Of a stretch of DNA of 64,000 nt, positions 55,111-64,000 are shown piece by piece (the stretch's first letter is position 1; each line of letters opens with the position of its first letter). The notes under the pieces were generated by a model that saw nothing but the letters and a program-made list of their open reading frames with translations, was not told the origin of the DNA and made no database searches. The translations under genes were made by a program, and so were the position numbers. The DNA is taken from the IMG/VR virus record IMGVR_UViG_3300028738_000014; one strand, written 5' to 3'. Source of the DNA: a virus.

Positions 55111-56049
55111 ATGAACAAATACGTAAACTTACCGATCGCAGTGGTCGGAGGTGGAAACACCGGAAATTCTTCGTATGCAGTTGTACCCCGGCTTATTGTG
55201 GGGGCAATTCTGACATCAAAGAATAAAAAATTTACTGAAGCCGATATGCTCGACTTCCAAAAAACGCTACAGGATGCTACACTTGCATCAGGAGCTGAAC
55301 GGATTTATCCGATGTTCCGGTTTAAGGAAATTGCTGATGGTTCGGGTGACGTAACGAAGAATACTTCAGGATATGGAGTAAATGAAATCGTTCGTGAAGG
55401 AAAATACGACTGGACATTTACATTTAGTCAGTCAACGGGTCTTTATAACCTTCAACAACTTCGTATGTTGAATGGTGGTCAGTATCGCGCATTCTTTATC
55501 GACGACAATGGTGTTATGATAGGAACTACTGATGATGCCGGGAACTTTATGGGTGCTTCCTTAGAATATTTCTATGCAAAACCTTGGAAAGTAAACGAAG
55601 GAACGAAACCGGCTGTTATCTCTGCTGAATTTGCTCATAGTAATATGAAGGATTTGAATGATAATATCGCAATCTATACCCCTTCTTTCGAAGTGGAAGA
55701 TACGATCAAAGGATTATTGAATCTTCAACTTCACAGCATTTTAGTAGCTGCCGGAAAAGTGACTGTAGGCATTCGTACTGAAGGCGATAAAGTAGACGTG
55801 TATCCGCTTTATTCTACTGAACTTGCTGTTGTTACTTTATGGAAAGTAACAAATGTTGCTACCGGTCTTGCCGTTGTACCTACCACAGTTGCTATCAATG
55901 CCGCTAAAAGTGGTTGGGATGTGACTTTACCTGTAGGGACTTATCAGATTGGTCTTGCTTCTCCGGAAGCTCTCAGCGTTGCCACAATTGGCGGTGCTCC
56001 TGAAAATGGTTACGAAGGTGTTCCTATTACTGTTACAATAACAGCATAA
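55111..56049 (+). CDS. major tail (tube) protein candidate
   Basis: 312 aa, two genes upstream of chaperone pair and tape measure. Confidence 0.4.
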   Translation: MNKYVNLPIAVVGGGNTGNSSYAVVPRLIVGAILTSKNKKFTEADMLDFQKTLQDATLASGAERIYPMFRFKEIADGSGDVTKNTSGYGVNEIVREGKYDWTFTFSQSTGLYNLQQLRMLNGGQYRAFFIDDNGVMIGTTDDAGNFMGASLEYFYAKPWKVNEGTKPAVISAEFAHSNMKDLNDNIAIYTPSFEVEDTIKGLLNLQLHSILVAAGKVTVGIRTEGDKVDVYPLYSTELAVVTLWKVTNVATGLAVVPTTVAINAAKSGWDVTLPVGTYQIGLASPEALSVATIGGAPENGYEGVPITVTITA

Positions 56050-56261
56050 TGAATCATATCACTCAGAACGGGGCCAGTTTTTCACCTGGCTTCGTTAAGG
56101 GTTTCAAGAATTCAGGAGCCTTTATAAAAGCAATGGAAGGTAACATACCAGATTGGACCGGAGAAGAGCGTGATAAGCGTTTAAAATCGATTTGGAACGA
56201 AGCCAACGGGAAGTCAGAAGATCCGGTTAAAGAAGAGATTCAAGATATACAAAAAATTTAA
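56049..56261 (+). CDS. hypothetical small protein
   Basis: ORF. Confidence 0.35.
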   Translation: MNHITQNGASFSPGFVKGFKNSGAFIKAMEGNIPDWTGEERDKRLKSIWNEANGKSEDPVKEEIQDIQKI

Positions 56262-56319
56262 TCTGATAACAAATAAATAAAAGAGTACTTGTGTTTCGCG
56301 GGTACTCTTTTTTGATATT

Positions 56320-56784
56320 ATGACAATATCCGAAAAACTTCAACAGGTCCGTTCAACTAAGGAAAACGTAAAGACTATCATCGCTGATTCAATTATGGAT
56401 AACGAGCGTGATATCGTTTACGCGATCCAGGCTCAACTATGGGATGGACGGGATGGAACCGGAAAGGACTTAACTCCATCGTATTTAGATGATCCATATT
56501 TCCTAACCAAGAAAGCCGCTCAACAATATGCAGAATGGAAGGATAGAATCACACATAATTCAGCACGTAACTTCTATGCTCCTAATCTTTATATAAATGG
56601 GTACTTCTGGTCAACTATGAAGATTGACCGAAATAGTATGAGGATGGTAAGTAATGGATTCGGAACACCCATTATTTCAAAGTACGGTGAAAATACATTT
56701 ACGTTGGATCCGAACGACAAAGATGTGGTTGATAAGATTCGAAACTCGTTAATTGGTAATTCAAAAAAATCTCTCAGTCTATGA
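56320..56784 (+). CDS. tail assembly chaperone (G-like)
   Basis: Position; slippery A_AAA_AAA near 3' end. Confidence 0.45.
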   Translation: MTISEKLQQVRSTKENVKTIIADSIMDNERDIVYAIQAQLWDGRDGTGKDLTPSYLDDPYFLTKKAAQQYAEWKDRITHNSARNFYAPNLYINGYFWSTMKIDRNSMRMVSNGFGTPIISKYGENTFTLDPNDKDVVDKIRNSLIGNSKKSLSL

Positions 56785-57413
56785 AAATTATATCCCTACT
56801 ACTTAAAAACGTAAATAAGGCCTGTGACAAGGTTTTACTCTCTGATTTTATCGAATGTACTACTTATAAGAGTTATTTCAAATTAAAGCGGTTAAAATGG
56901 CTCTACGTTCCTAAATTCATACTACAGAAAGCTTGGACAATCCTTTTTGAGGAATATTGCACGCTTTCCCGAAATTCAGGTTATGAGGCATTTTATGAAG
57001 GGATGCAAAAAGTTTATAGACTCGACGCAAAGCTGCTGGCTATTACTTGTGCTGTAAATTGCCTTTCTCAGAAATATGATAGTAGTTGTGTTGATATCCT
57101 ACGGTCGTTCGGATACACCTATAGGTTCAACTGGAAAGACAAAAAAGAGTATAACCAAAATCTGAATAAGGTAATTAGTAAATGTAAATCGATCGCTATC
57201 GAACGCGATCGTGAAAAACTAAAATTCGAAGCACTGGCCAAACAAGGAAAAAATCAGGATCCCGGAGTTGATTATTTTCAAACCTCACTAATTACCCTAT
57301 CTAAATACATGGGATATCGACTCAATCCTAAAGAAATTACAGTCGCTGAATTTTGCGGGATGACAACCGGTTACGAAAAAGAAATTGAACAACTTTTAAA
57401 ACAGAAATCATGA
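56781..57413 (+). CDS. tail assembly chaperone T-like (likely expressed as -1 frameshift fusion)
   Basis: In the -1 frame relative to 56320..56784, directly upstream of tape measure. Confidence 0.45.
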   Translation: MKIISLLLKNVNKACDKVLLSDFIECTTYKSYFKLKRLKWLYVPKFILQKAWTILFEEYCTLSRNSGYEAFYEGMQKVYRLDAKLLAITCAVNCLSQKYDSSCVDILRSFGYTYRFNWKDKKEYNQNLNKVISKCKSIAIERDREKLKFEALAKQGKNQDPGVDYFQTSLITLSKYMGYRLNPKEITVAEFCGMTTGYEKEIEQLLKQKS

Positions 57414-60400
57414 GTGAATTAATTGATAAAGTCATTGACGAACAGGCAATCACTAAACAAATAACATTTTTAGACTCTCAACTTATTAAGGCCGGGACCA
57501 GTCTCGGAACATGCGCCGATGCTGCTAAAAAGTTCATGGATCAATTCGCAAACGCAAAGGGAGTAAGTGATGTCGTATCAATAATGTCCGAATATAATAA
57601 AACTTTGCTTCAGGCTCAAAAGGCACAAACAGAAATCAGTGTAGCTGAAAAAAACAGAGCAGATAAGTTACTGGTTCTTCAAAAAGTCCAGGAGTCAAAT
57701 GCAAAAACTGAATTAATAAATGCACAAGCAATAGCTGCCACTCAAAAAGCACAAGAAGCAACTACCAAGGCAGAACAAACCCGGGCAGATGCCGCTGCTA
57801 AAGTTGCTGCAGCAGCTGAAAAAGAAACAAAAGCCGAACAGGAATTAATGTCCGCCAAGCAGATGATGATCAATATCCTGACAAAAGAGGGTGTTTCGGT
57901 CGATAAGATGAATATGACAAAATCACAAGCATCCACAATCAATAAGCTTGTAGCCACCGCCAATGGAGCAGAGAAGGGTTCACACGAACAGCTTGCCGCT
58001 CAATATGACTTGAATTATAAAGCATATAATAAACTTTCCGCAGTTCAAAAAGATACAACCGCCGGAAAAGCGATGTTAGCAAGTATTGGCGAACAATCGA
58101 AGGCATTAAAAGGAATGGAAGGTCCGATGGGTAACTTTACCCGGGATGTAGGTAACTATAAGAATAATATACTTAGCGCTCTTGGAGCTAATCAGGGATT
58201 TATCGGAAACCTGGCTAATATGGCAATGGGAGCAGAGAAAACAGGAACTTCATTTGCTACCGCCGGAGTTGGAGGCATTAAAGCTTTTGGTACTGCAATG
58301 TTAGAGTTATTGGCTAATCCAGTAGTTGCTATTTTAGCGGCTATTGCTGCAGCGATTATGTTAGTAAAGGCTGCCATTGAAAGTAACGGAGAAGCAACAA
58401 ATAAACTCAACCAAGTATTGGCTCCATTCAAAGAATTACTCACCTTTATCATGAGCATATTCTCTCAATTGGTTACTGTCATACTTTCCGGAGTGCTTGA
58501 GTTGGAAAAGTTTGCTAATGTGATTATGTCCGTTATTCCTGGACTTGACAAATTAGCAGAAAAGAATTTACAGGCGATTGAACTTGAGAAACAAAAACAG
58601 AAATTGGCAGCTGACATGCGTGCTGACATTCTCCGGGATGCAAAAGAAGAGGTTGTAATAATGGAAAACCGTAATAAGGCACGTCAAAAGGATAAATATT
58701 CAATTGCTGATAGACTTACGTTCTTAAAAACTGCTGACGCTATGGAATTGGCACTTTCTCAGGATCATGTTGAGTTGGCTACACGTGCATTTAATCTTAA
58801 GAAACAACAAATGGAAGAAGAGGGCAGAACCTATGAAATGTTGACTAAAGATGAAAAGGATGCTTATGTTAATATGGAAGCTGAAATATACAAAGCAAAA
58901 TCTGAATACTTTCAGAAAACAACACGATTAAAGAGTATGCAAGCTACTTTGGTGATGGAAGATCAGCAAGATCAAATAGCAGTAGTAGAAAGCAGTAATA
59001 AATTAAAATTAGAACAATTAAAAACAAATGCGAATTTTGATAATTTAAATTCCAAACAAAAAATTGCATTTAATAAAAAATATTCTGATCAAGATATAAA
59101 AGATCAAATGAGTTTAATTAAAGCCAAAGAAAATCTAGCCGGCGCTAATGTAGAAGATTTACAAGGTCAATACGACATTTTACTTACGCAATTAAAGCAA
59201 AATAACCAAAAGATGAGTGCAGAGATATCTTCTTATAATATTCAAATGTTGCAAAAACAAAATGATTCAAATCTTTTAAAATTTCAATCGGATCACAATT
59301 ATGATACAATGACTTTTGAAGAAAAAGTAAAGTATGATAATGATTATTTTGCATGGGATCAACAGGGAAAACAAAAAGTACTTGATTTACAAAAAAAATA
59401 CAATAAAATTACAAGTGATGAATACCGAATTGCAAATGAAAATTTAAAATCAGAAAAAAAGATATTCATTACTCAGCAGGCAAATACTATGATTCAACAA
59501 TCTGAACTGCTATTGAGTGAACAAAAATCATATCTTGATTCTCAAGTGAAATTGGACCAGGATTATGGAAATAAAAGTGTAGGATATCAACAGGAAATTA
59601 CTCGTAAATTGTTCGAAATACAAGCGGATCTTGATACCCGATTGGCTGAAGAACAATATAAAAATAATCAGATCGATATTGTCGCATTTCAAACAAAACT
59701 GAGTAATATTAAGGCTCAAAGAGCTGCGTTATTGGAGGCACAAAAAACAGGTTCAGAAAATGATGAACGAACTCGTATTATAGCATTAGAATCTGATACA
59801 TCTGTAAAACGTCGTAAAATTCAGGATGATCTTTATTTATCAGGTAAAATATCATCATTAGAATATCAAACATCAATATTAAAAATAAATAAAGATGGAT
59901 CAGACAATCAATTAGCAATTGAAATTTGGTTAGATAAAGAAAAACTGGCAACATTGCGTGAAGGATCAGAAGAACAAATTAAATTACAACAAAAAATTAA
60001 TAATGAAGAGGAAAATCTTGAGGAGAAAAAAGCAAATAGAAAAATACATGCAGAAAAAGAACTTCAAAAGAAAATAATTGAGCTTATTAAAGCCAGCGCT
60101 TCGGCTATTCAAACAATAGGTGATGATCAGTATCAAGATAAGCTTGATAAGATTGATGCACTTAAAACAGCTAATAGTGATGCAGCAACAAAAGAAAATG
60201 ATGAAATAACTAAAAAACTTAATTCAGGAATTCTATCTCAAAAAGAAGCCGATGCACAAAGTGCTGCTATCGATGCCCAAAAAACAGAAAGAGATAAACA
60301 ACTAACAGCTCAAGAGAATGAAATTAAAACTAAACAGGCTATTTTTGACAAGGAATCATCAGCTTTTAATATTATTCTTTCTACAGGAGAAGCTATAATG

Positions 60401-60919
60401 GCGTCGGTTGCGGCGTTTCCGCTAACTGCCGGTATGCCATTTGCAGGTATTGATGCTGCTATCGGAGCGGTTGAATTAGCCGCCGTACTTGCTAAACCTC
60501 TTCCTGCATATGCTTTTGGTACATTAGACCATCCGGGAGGTCCAGCTTTAGTGGGAGAAGTAAAACCGGAAATGATACAAACTCCTGATAATAAAATAAT
60601 GAAAGTTGATGTTCCTACAATTATGAGTTTACCGGCGCACACGAAGGTATTCCCTGACTATGACAAAGCGTTACAGGAAATGGCATTTAATGCTTCGATA
60701 AGATCAATGTATGATAGTGTCCCAGATATCGAAATAAGTACGTACAACGATGCAATGATGCGTAAATATATGGGTTCGTTGGTTGGTCAGACTGAGAAAC
60801 AAAATAGTAAACTTGATAAATTAAATAATTTAGATAAACACCTTGGAGATATAGCCAATAATACAAGAAATTTAGAAGGCGTATTAAAAGGTTTGAAAAA
60901 AAATCCATGGTTTTCATAA
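57410..60919 (+). CDS. tail tape measure protein
   Basis: 1169 aa, long coiled coils, internal hydrophobic segments. Confidence 0.7.
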   Translation: MSELIDKVIDEQAITKQITFLDSQLIKAGTSLGTCADAAKKFMDQFANAKGVSDVVSIMSEYNKTLLQAQKAQTEISVAEKNRADKLLVLQKVQESNAKTELINAQAIAATQKAQEATTKAEQTRADAAAKVAAAAEKETKAEQELMSAKQMMINILTKEGVSVDKMNMTKSQASTINKLVATANGAEKGSHEQLAAQYDLNYKAYNKLSAVQKDTTAGKAMLASIGEQSKALKGMEGPMGNFTRDVGNYKNNILSALGANQGFIGNLANMAMGAEKTGTSFATAGVGGIKAFGTAMLELLANPVVAILAAIAAAIMLVKAAIESNGEATNKLNQVLAPFKELLTFIMSIFSQLVTVILSGVLELEKFANVIMSVIPGLDKLAEKNLQAIELEKQKQKLAADMRADILRDAKEEVVIMENRNKARQKDKYSIADRLTFLKTADAMELALSQDHVELATRAFNLKKQQMEEEGRTYEMLTKDEKDAYVNMEAEIYKAKSEYFQKTTRLKSMQATLVMEDQQDQIAVVESSNKLKLEQLKTNANFDNLNSKQKIAFNKKYSDQDIKDQMSLIKAKENLAGANVEDLQGQYDILLTQLKQNNQKMSAEISSYNIQMLQKQNDSNLLKFQSDHNYDTMTFEEKVKYDNDYFAWDQQGKQKVLDLQKKYNKITSDEYRIANENLKSEKKIFITQQANTMIQQSELLLSEQKSYLDSQVKLDQDYGNKSVGYQQEITRKLFEIQADLDTRLAEEQYKNNQIDIVAFQTKLSNIKAQRAALLEAQKTGSENDERTRIIALESDTSVKRRKIQDDLYLSGKISSLEYQTSILKINKDGSDNQLAIEIWLDKEKLATLREGSEEQIKLQQKINNEEENLEEKKANRKIHAEKELQKKIIELIKASASAIQTIGDDQYQDKLDKIDALKTANSDAATKENDEITKKLNSGILSQKEADAQSAAIDAQKTERDKQLTAQENEIKTKQAIFDKESSAFNIILSTGEAIMASVAAFPLTAGMPFAGIDAAIGAVELAAVLAKPLPAYAFGTLDHPGGPALVGEVKPEMIQTPDNKIMKVDVPTIMSLPAHTKVFPDYDKALQEMAFNASIRSMYDSVPDIEISTYNDAMMRKYMGSLVGQTEKQNSKLDKLNNLDKHLGDIANNTRNLEGVLKGLKKNPWFS

Positions 60920-60956
60920 TTATTATTAACTTTGCCGAATAAATAAATTTAAAACT

Positions 60957-61406
60957 ATGAAAAAAATAATTTTATTATTTCCTATTTTTATTATTATATT
61001 ATCATCGTGCGGTTTAAGTAATCAACAAAAGGCAGAAAAGGAAGTAAAAAGATATTTACTTACAACATTGAAAAATCCGGATTCATATAAGTCTGTGAGT
61101 TATTCTGAAATAAAACCTTATACCCTAGATTTTAAAAATACAAAAATAGGAGAATCAATGTATGAAATGTTGAGTTCTGAAATTGAAAGCATATCTTCTT
61201 CAGGTGAATCTTTTTCAAATGATCCAACCTATATTAAAGATAAATCCGAATTTGATAAAAAAGATAAGGAATATAAAAATTCAACAGAATCAAATGGTTG
61301 GATTATAATACATAAATATAGTGGAACAAATGGAGAAGGTGCTATTATTACAGAAGTAACGACATTTTATTTAGACTCTTCATTTTATTGTGTTTACAGT
61401 AAATAA
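60957..61406 (+). CDS. lipoprotein (moron)
   Basis: Lipobox IIILSSC; own TAACTTTG promoter box (60930-60937) and strong downstream terminator. Confidence 0.5.
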   Translation: MKKIILLFPIFIIILSSCGLSNQQKAEKEVKRYLLTTLKNPDSYKSVSYSEIKPYTLDFKNTKIGESMYEMLSSEIESISSSGESFSNDPTYIKDKSEFDKKDKEYKNSTESNGWIIIHKYSGTNGEGAIITEVTTFYLDSSFYCVYSK

Positions 61407-61431
61407 ATACGATCCATTATTCCCTTTTCAA

Positions 61432-61468
61432 ATAGCCTCTACAGAAATGTAGAGGCTATTTATATTTT
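61432..61468 (+). terminator. intrinsic terminator
   Basis: 12-bp stem ATAGCCTCTACA/TGTAGAGGCTAT, GAAA loop, T-rich tail. Confidence 0.7.
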
Positions 61469-61474
61469 AAGGGT

Positions 61475-63811
61475 ATGGAAAACCATATTACACCACCTAA
61501 GATTCAATACATTTTACAGTATACGGATTCAAATAACGTACTGCAGAATATCGATGTTACCCCTGATTTCAGCACCTGGGATGCGTTTGAAACTGATATA
61601 GTTCGGGATGACCTATCCGGGGCTTTTATTCAGATTCAGGACGGGGGTATAACATTCACCGGTGAATCATTTGAACTTGTACGCTCTATCTATGAAACAC
61701 AGGGATTCAGAGCGATTGCTAGACTCATTGTAAACCTCCGTAAAGATACATTTCCCGATTTATGGACGTACGTTCAAAAGGTATCCTTGGATCTCAATTT
61801 TGCAAAGTACGTTCGAGATAATACAACAGTGAGTTTGACCGCGAACGAGAATGGTTTAAAGGCGATGGTTAAAGCAAACGCCTCTCAGAAATATGATATA
61901 CCGGTTACTGATCTAAATCCTGATACATTGGATTATGATGGGCTAGATATTAAAGAAACTCTTTCATGGTTTCCGGCACCGATAACCGGAGTGCCCGTAC
62001 TTACAACTTTAACCGGATCCGTTGGAGATACGAAAACGTTTGAATTTGCGCCTGGAATACAAGCGTCAGATCAAGATGTTAATGCCAATTACCTAAACTA
62101 TTTAGAACAAAAGAGTCAGGTTCTGAGCAAGGTGTATAAATCAACACCTGGTTCATGGATCACTACTGATGGCTATCAAAATTGGAACGGAACGTCGTGG
62201 GTAAATAACCTACCCATTACCGGACCTTATTTCCCTGAATTAATTCTAAGCCCAGGATATAAAGGTTACGACCTAACCATAAAAGCACATTTAACGGCTG
62301 ATTTTGGCTATCCTATTCAAAACGCTTCTTTATATTGGGTGGAGGCGTGGGTTGATGCTCCTTCTCCTGGTCTTGATTTAGGATTTAATAGAATGAAGAT
62401 ATGTGATCTTCCAACAAGTTCAACCGGAATCGATACTATTATTGATTCTACGATCGCATGTTATCCTAACTCACAAGGTAAATATCATTATCTTACAATC
62501 GTATTCGATCGCGTTCTTGCTTCTACATCTGAAGATATAGTACTTAATAAATTCGAATTTGAAACCGGTGGATTAATTCAGGCAAGTTGGACAGCAAAAG
62601 TGAGAAATAACATAAGTATTCCGATCGTATCCGAACAGAAGTTATGCCAGGATCTGATCAATAAGATAACGGGTACAAAATATGTTTATAAGGCAGTTGT
62701 AGACGAACACTTAGAGACTATCCGTATTGCAGCAGGTGAGTCTGTGCGTAACTTCCCAAAGCAGTATGTACATACCTCGCTAAGTGACTTTGCAAATTAT
62801 ATGAAATCATGCTGGGGTTATGAATATGAGATAACCAATAATGAGAATCTTGTAATTAATACCTACGATTTTAAAGGGGTATGGAGTGTTTTAACTCCAT
62901 ATTTAAAAGATAATGCAGTCAGTTTTCAAGGATCGACCTATGCCGCAATTTCCGACGTGACAGGTGGAGACTATCCATCCGGCTCAGCAAGTTGGAAAAA
63001 GATAACAGAATACATTGTAAATGGAAATACATACACTGAATATGTAGGAGGTATAAGTATTATTCATTTTGCGCCCCGTGATAGATTCTTTGTCCCTGAA
63101 ACTGTAATAACTATCCCGGAGATAAATAATATCAAGCTATCGGTCAACGAGACCTATATTTATACAGGGGTCAAGATCGGAATCGCACTCGTTCAATATC
63201 TTTCAATTAACGGAACTGATGAGTTTAGATTTTTAGAGGAATGGTCAACCGGCGTTCAAAATGTGGTTAACGTACTGGATCTTACATCACCTTATCGAAC
63301 GGATAGTTACGGTTTTCAGCTTCTTAGTGAAAAACAATTTGTAAGTAATTCAACCGATGATCAATCCGACAACGGGATATTTGTACTTCACGTCAAACTA
63401 AGTGGTGATAATTACATACTAGATAGGACTGCAGTTCTTACAGGTGTGGCTAGTCCACTAACGATGTTTAATGCGATATTTTCACCTCGACAATGTTTAA
63501 TTCGGAATAAAAGTCTTTTGGGTATATCCACCAGTCTACTCAAATTTACCTCAACTGCCGGACAGGCAGATATAACCATAAATGGGATAGAAGAAAAGGC
63601 GGATATTTCAATCACAGAATCATTATTTTCCCCCGATGTACTTGATATGGATGTAGGACAGATATTAGACTTACCGGCTCTTCAAAATGGGTTGGTTAGT
63701 TGTCAGTATAGAGGCGAACAATTTACAGGATATATTAAAAAACTATCTCACTTTTGGGGTTCAGATCAAAAAACAAGTTGTACGCTGTTTCTCAAGAAAT
63801 TAGTATTATAA
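61475..63811 (+). CDS. distal tail/hub protein (778 aa)
   Basis: Large ORF after tape measure. Confidence 0.45.
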   Translation: MENHITPPKIQYILQYTDSNNVLQNIDVTPDFSTWDAFETDIVRDDLSGAFIQIQDGGITFTGESFELVRSIYETQGFRAIARLIVNLRKDTFPDLWTYVQKVSLDLNFAKYVRDNTTVSLTANENGLKAMVKANASQKYDIPVTDLNPDTLDYDGLDIKETLSWFPAPITGVPVLTTLTGSVGDTKTFEFAPGIQASDQDVNANYLNYLEQKSQVLSKVYKSTPGSWITTDGYQNWNGTSWVNNLPITGPYFPELILSPGYKGYDLTIKAHLTADFGYPIQNASLYWVEAWVDAPSPGLDLGFNRMKICDLPTSSTGIDTIIDSTIACYPNSQGKYHYLTIVFDRVLASTSEDIVLNKFEFETGGLIQASWTAKVRNNISIPIVSEQKLCQDLINKITGTKYVYKAVVDEHLETIRIAAGESVRNFPKQYVHTSLSDFANYMKSCWGYEYEITNNENLVINTYDFKGVWSVLTPYLKDNAVSFQGSTYAAISDVTGGDYPSGSASWKKITEYIVNGNTYTEYVGGISIIHFAPRDRFFVPETVITIPEINNIKLSVNETYIYTGVKIGIALVQYLSINGTDEFRFLEEWSTGVQNVVNVLDLTSPYRTDSYGFQLLSEKQFVSNSTDDQSDNGIFVLHVKLSGDNYILDRTAVLTGVASPLTMFNAIFSPRQCLIRNKSLLGISTSLLKFTSTAGQADITINGIEEKADISITESLFSPDVLDMDVGQILDLPALQNGLVSCQYRGEQFTGYIKKLSHFWGSDQKTSCTLFLKKLVL

Positions 63812-63840
63812 TTATATTTTAAATTAAACGAGCTTTTCCA

Positions 63841-63872
63841 AGCCATCATCTAACCAGTGATGGCTTTTATTT
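63841..63872 (+). terminator. terminator (GAGCTTTTCCAAGCC family)
   Basis: AGCCATCA...TGATGGCT then T4AT4. Confidence 0.5.
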
Positions 63873-63873
63873 T

Positions 63874-64000
63874 ATGGGACAATTTATACACATATCAAAG
63901 TTTTCTTCACTCAATTTTGAACCTACAAACGTAAAAAGTTGGGAGGATCAAGTAAGTTATTGTCAGAAAGTATTCGTTAATGATCCAATTTTAATTCAAT
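63874..64000 (+). CDS. 5' end of next tail gene (partial)
   Basis: ATG at 63874, open to window end. Confidence 0.3.
   Translation, partial: MGQFIHISKFSSLNFEPTNVKSWEDQVSYCQKVFVNDPILIQ

Noticed and set aside
1-64000. rRNA, IS elements or transposases
   Set aside because: No rRNA-like conserved stretches and no DDE-transposase-like ORFs. The only recombinase is the tyrosine integrase.

Overview
The window reads as one nearly complete temperate tailed-phage (prophage) genome. The host is probably a Bacteroidota bacterium: the sequence is AT-rich, start codons lack Shine-Dalgarno sequences, and the Bacteroides-type -7 promoter box TAnnTTTG recurs (TATCTTTG, TATTTTTG, TAACTTTG). Gene order: 0.2-15.7 kb (+) baseplate, tail-fibre and tail-spike genes; 15.9-18.0 kb (+) lysis cassette with two holin-like proteins, a GH108 lysozyme and spanin-like proteins; 18.2-34.9 kb (-) early and recombination operon; 34.9-35.8 kb divergent cro-like and CI-like (S24 peptidase) switch; 36.2-37.3 kb tyrosine integrase; 37.6-45.8 kb (+) replication genes (HNH, DnaN clamp, PcfJ-like, replisome organiser, DnaB); 45.9-64 kb (+) terminase small and large subunits, tRNA-Thr, portal, HK97-type prohead protease, capsid, tail tube, frameshift-linked tail chaperones, tape measure and distal tail protein. 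The early operon carries a VRR-NUC nuclease, an SPFH protein, an ASCH protein, a Cys-motif radical-SAM-like protein with two tandem Cys-rich paralogues, two paralogous SNF2 helicases bracketing a 124-nt tRNA-like gene, a nuclease, a repeat-containing coiled-coil protein and a RecT-like protein. The features worth a second look are: a GC-hairpin intergenic linker (seven direct copies after seven structural and tail-fibre genes plus one inverted and one partial copy, in two cases supplying a TPNP C-terminus and the stop codon); a second conserved terminator family and a conserved late-promoter-like box; the 124-nt tRNA-like gene; the radical-SAM-like enzyme with its Cys-rich paralogue pair; a dispersed three-member CCGHG zinc-binding-like family; a structured non-coding locus at 5.1-5.3 kb; several independently transcribed accessory genes (morons: a secreted protein, lipoproteins, an acidic protein); a -1 frameshift site upstream of the tape measure gene; and repeated GTACAT sites beside the integrase. 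Every functional call rests on motif-level reading only, with no database search. Coordinates come from the supplied ORF track, except where a TTG-extended start was replaced by the first ATG.
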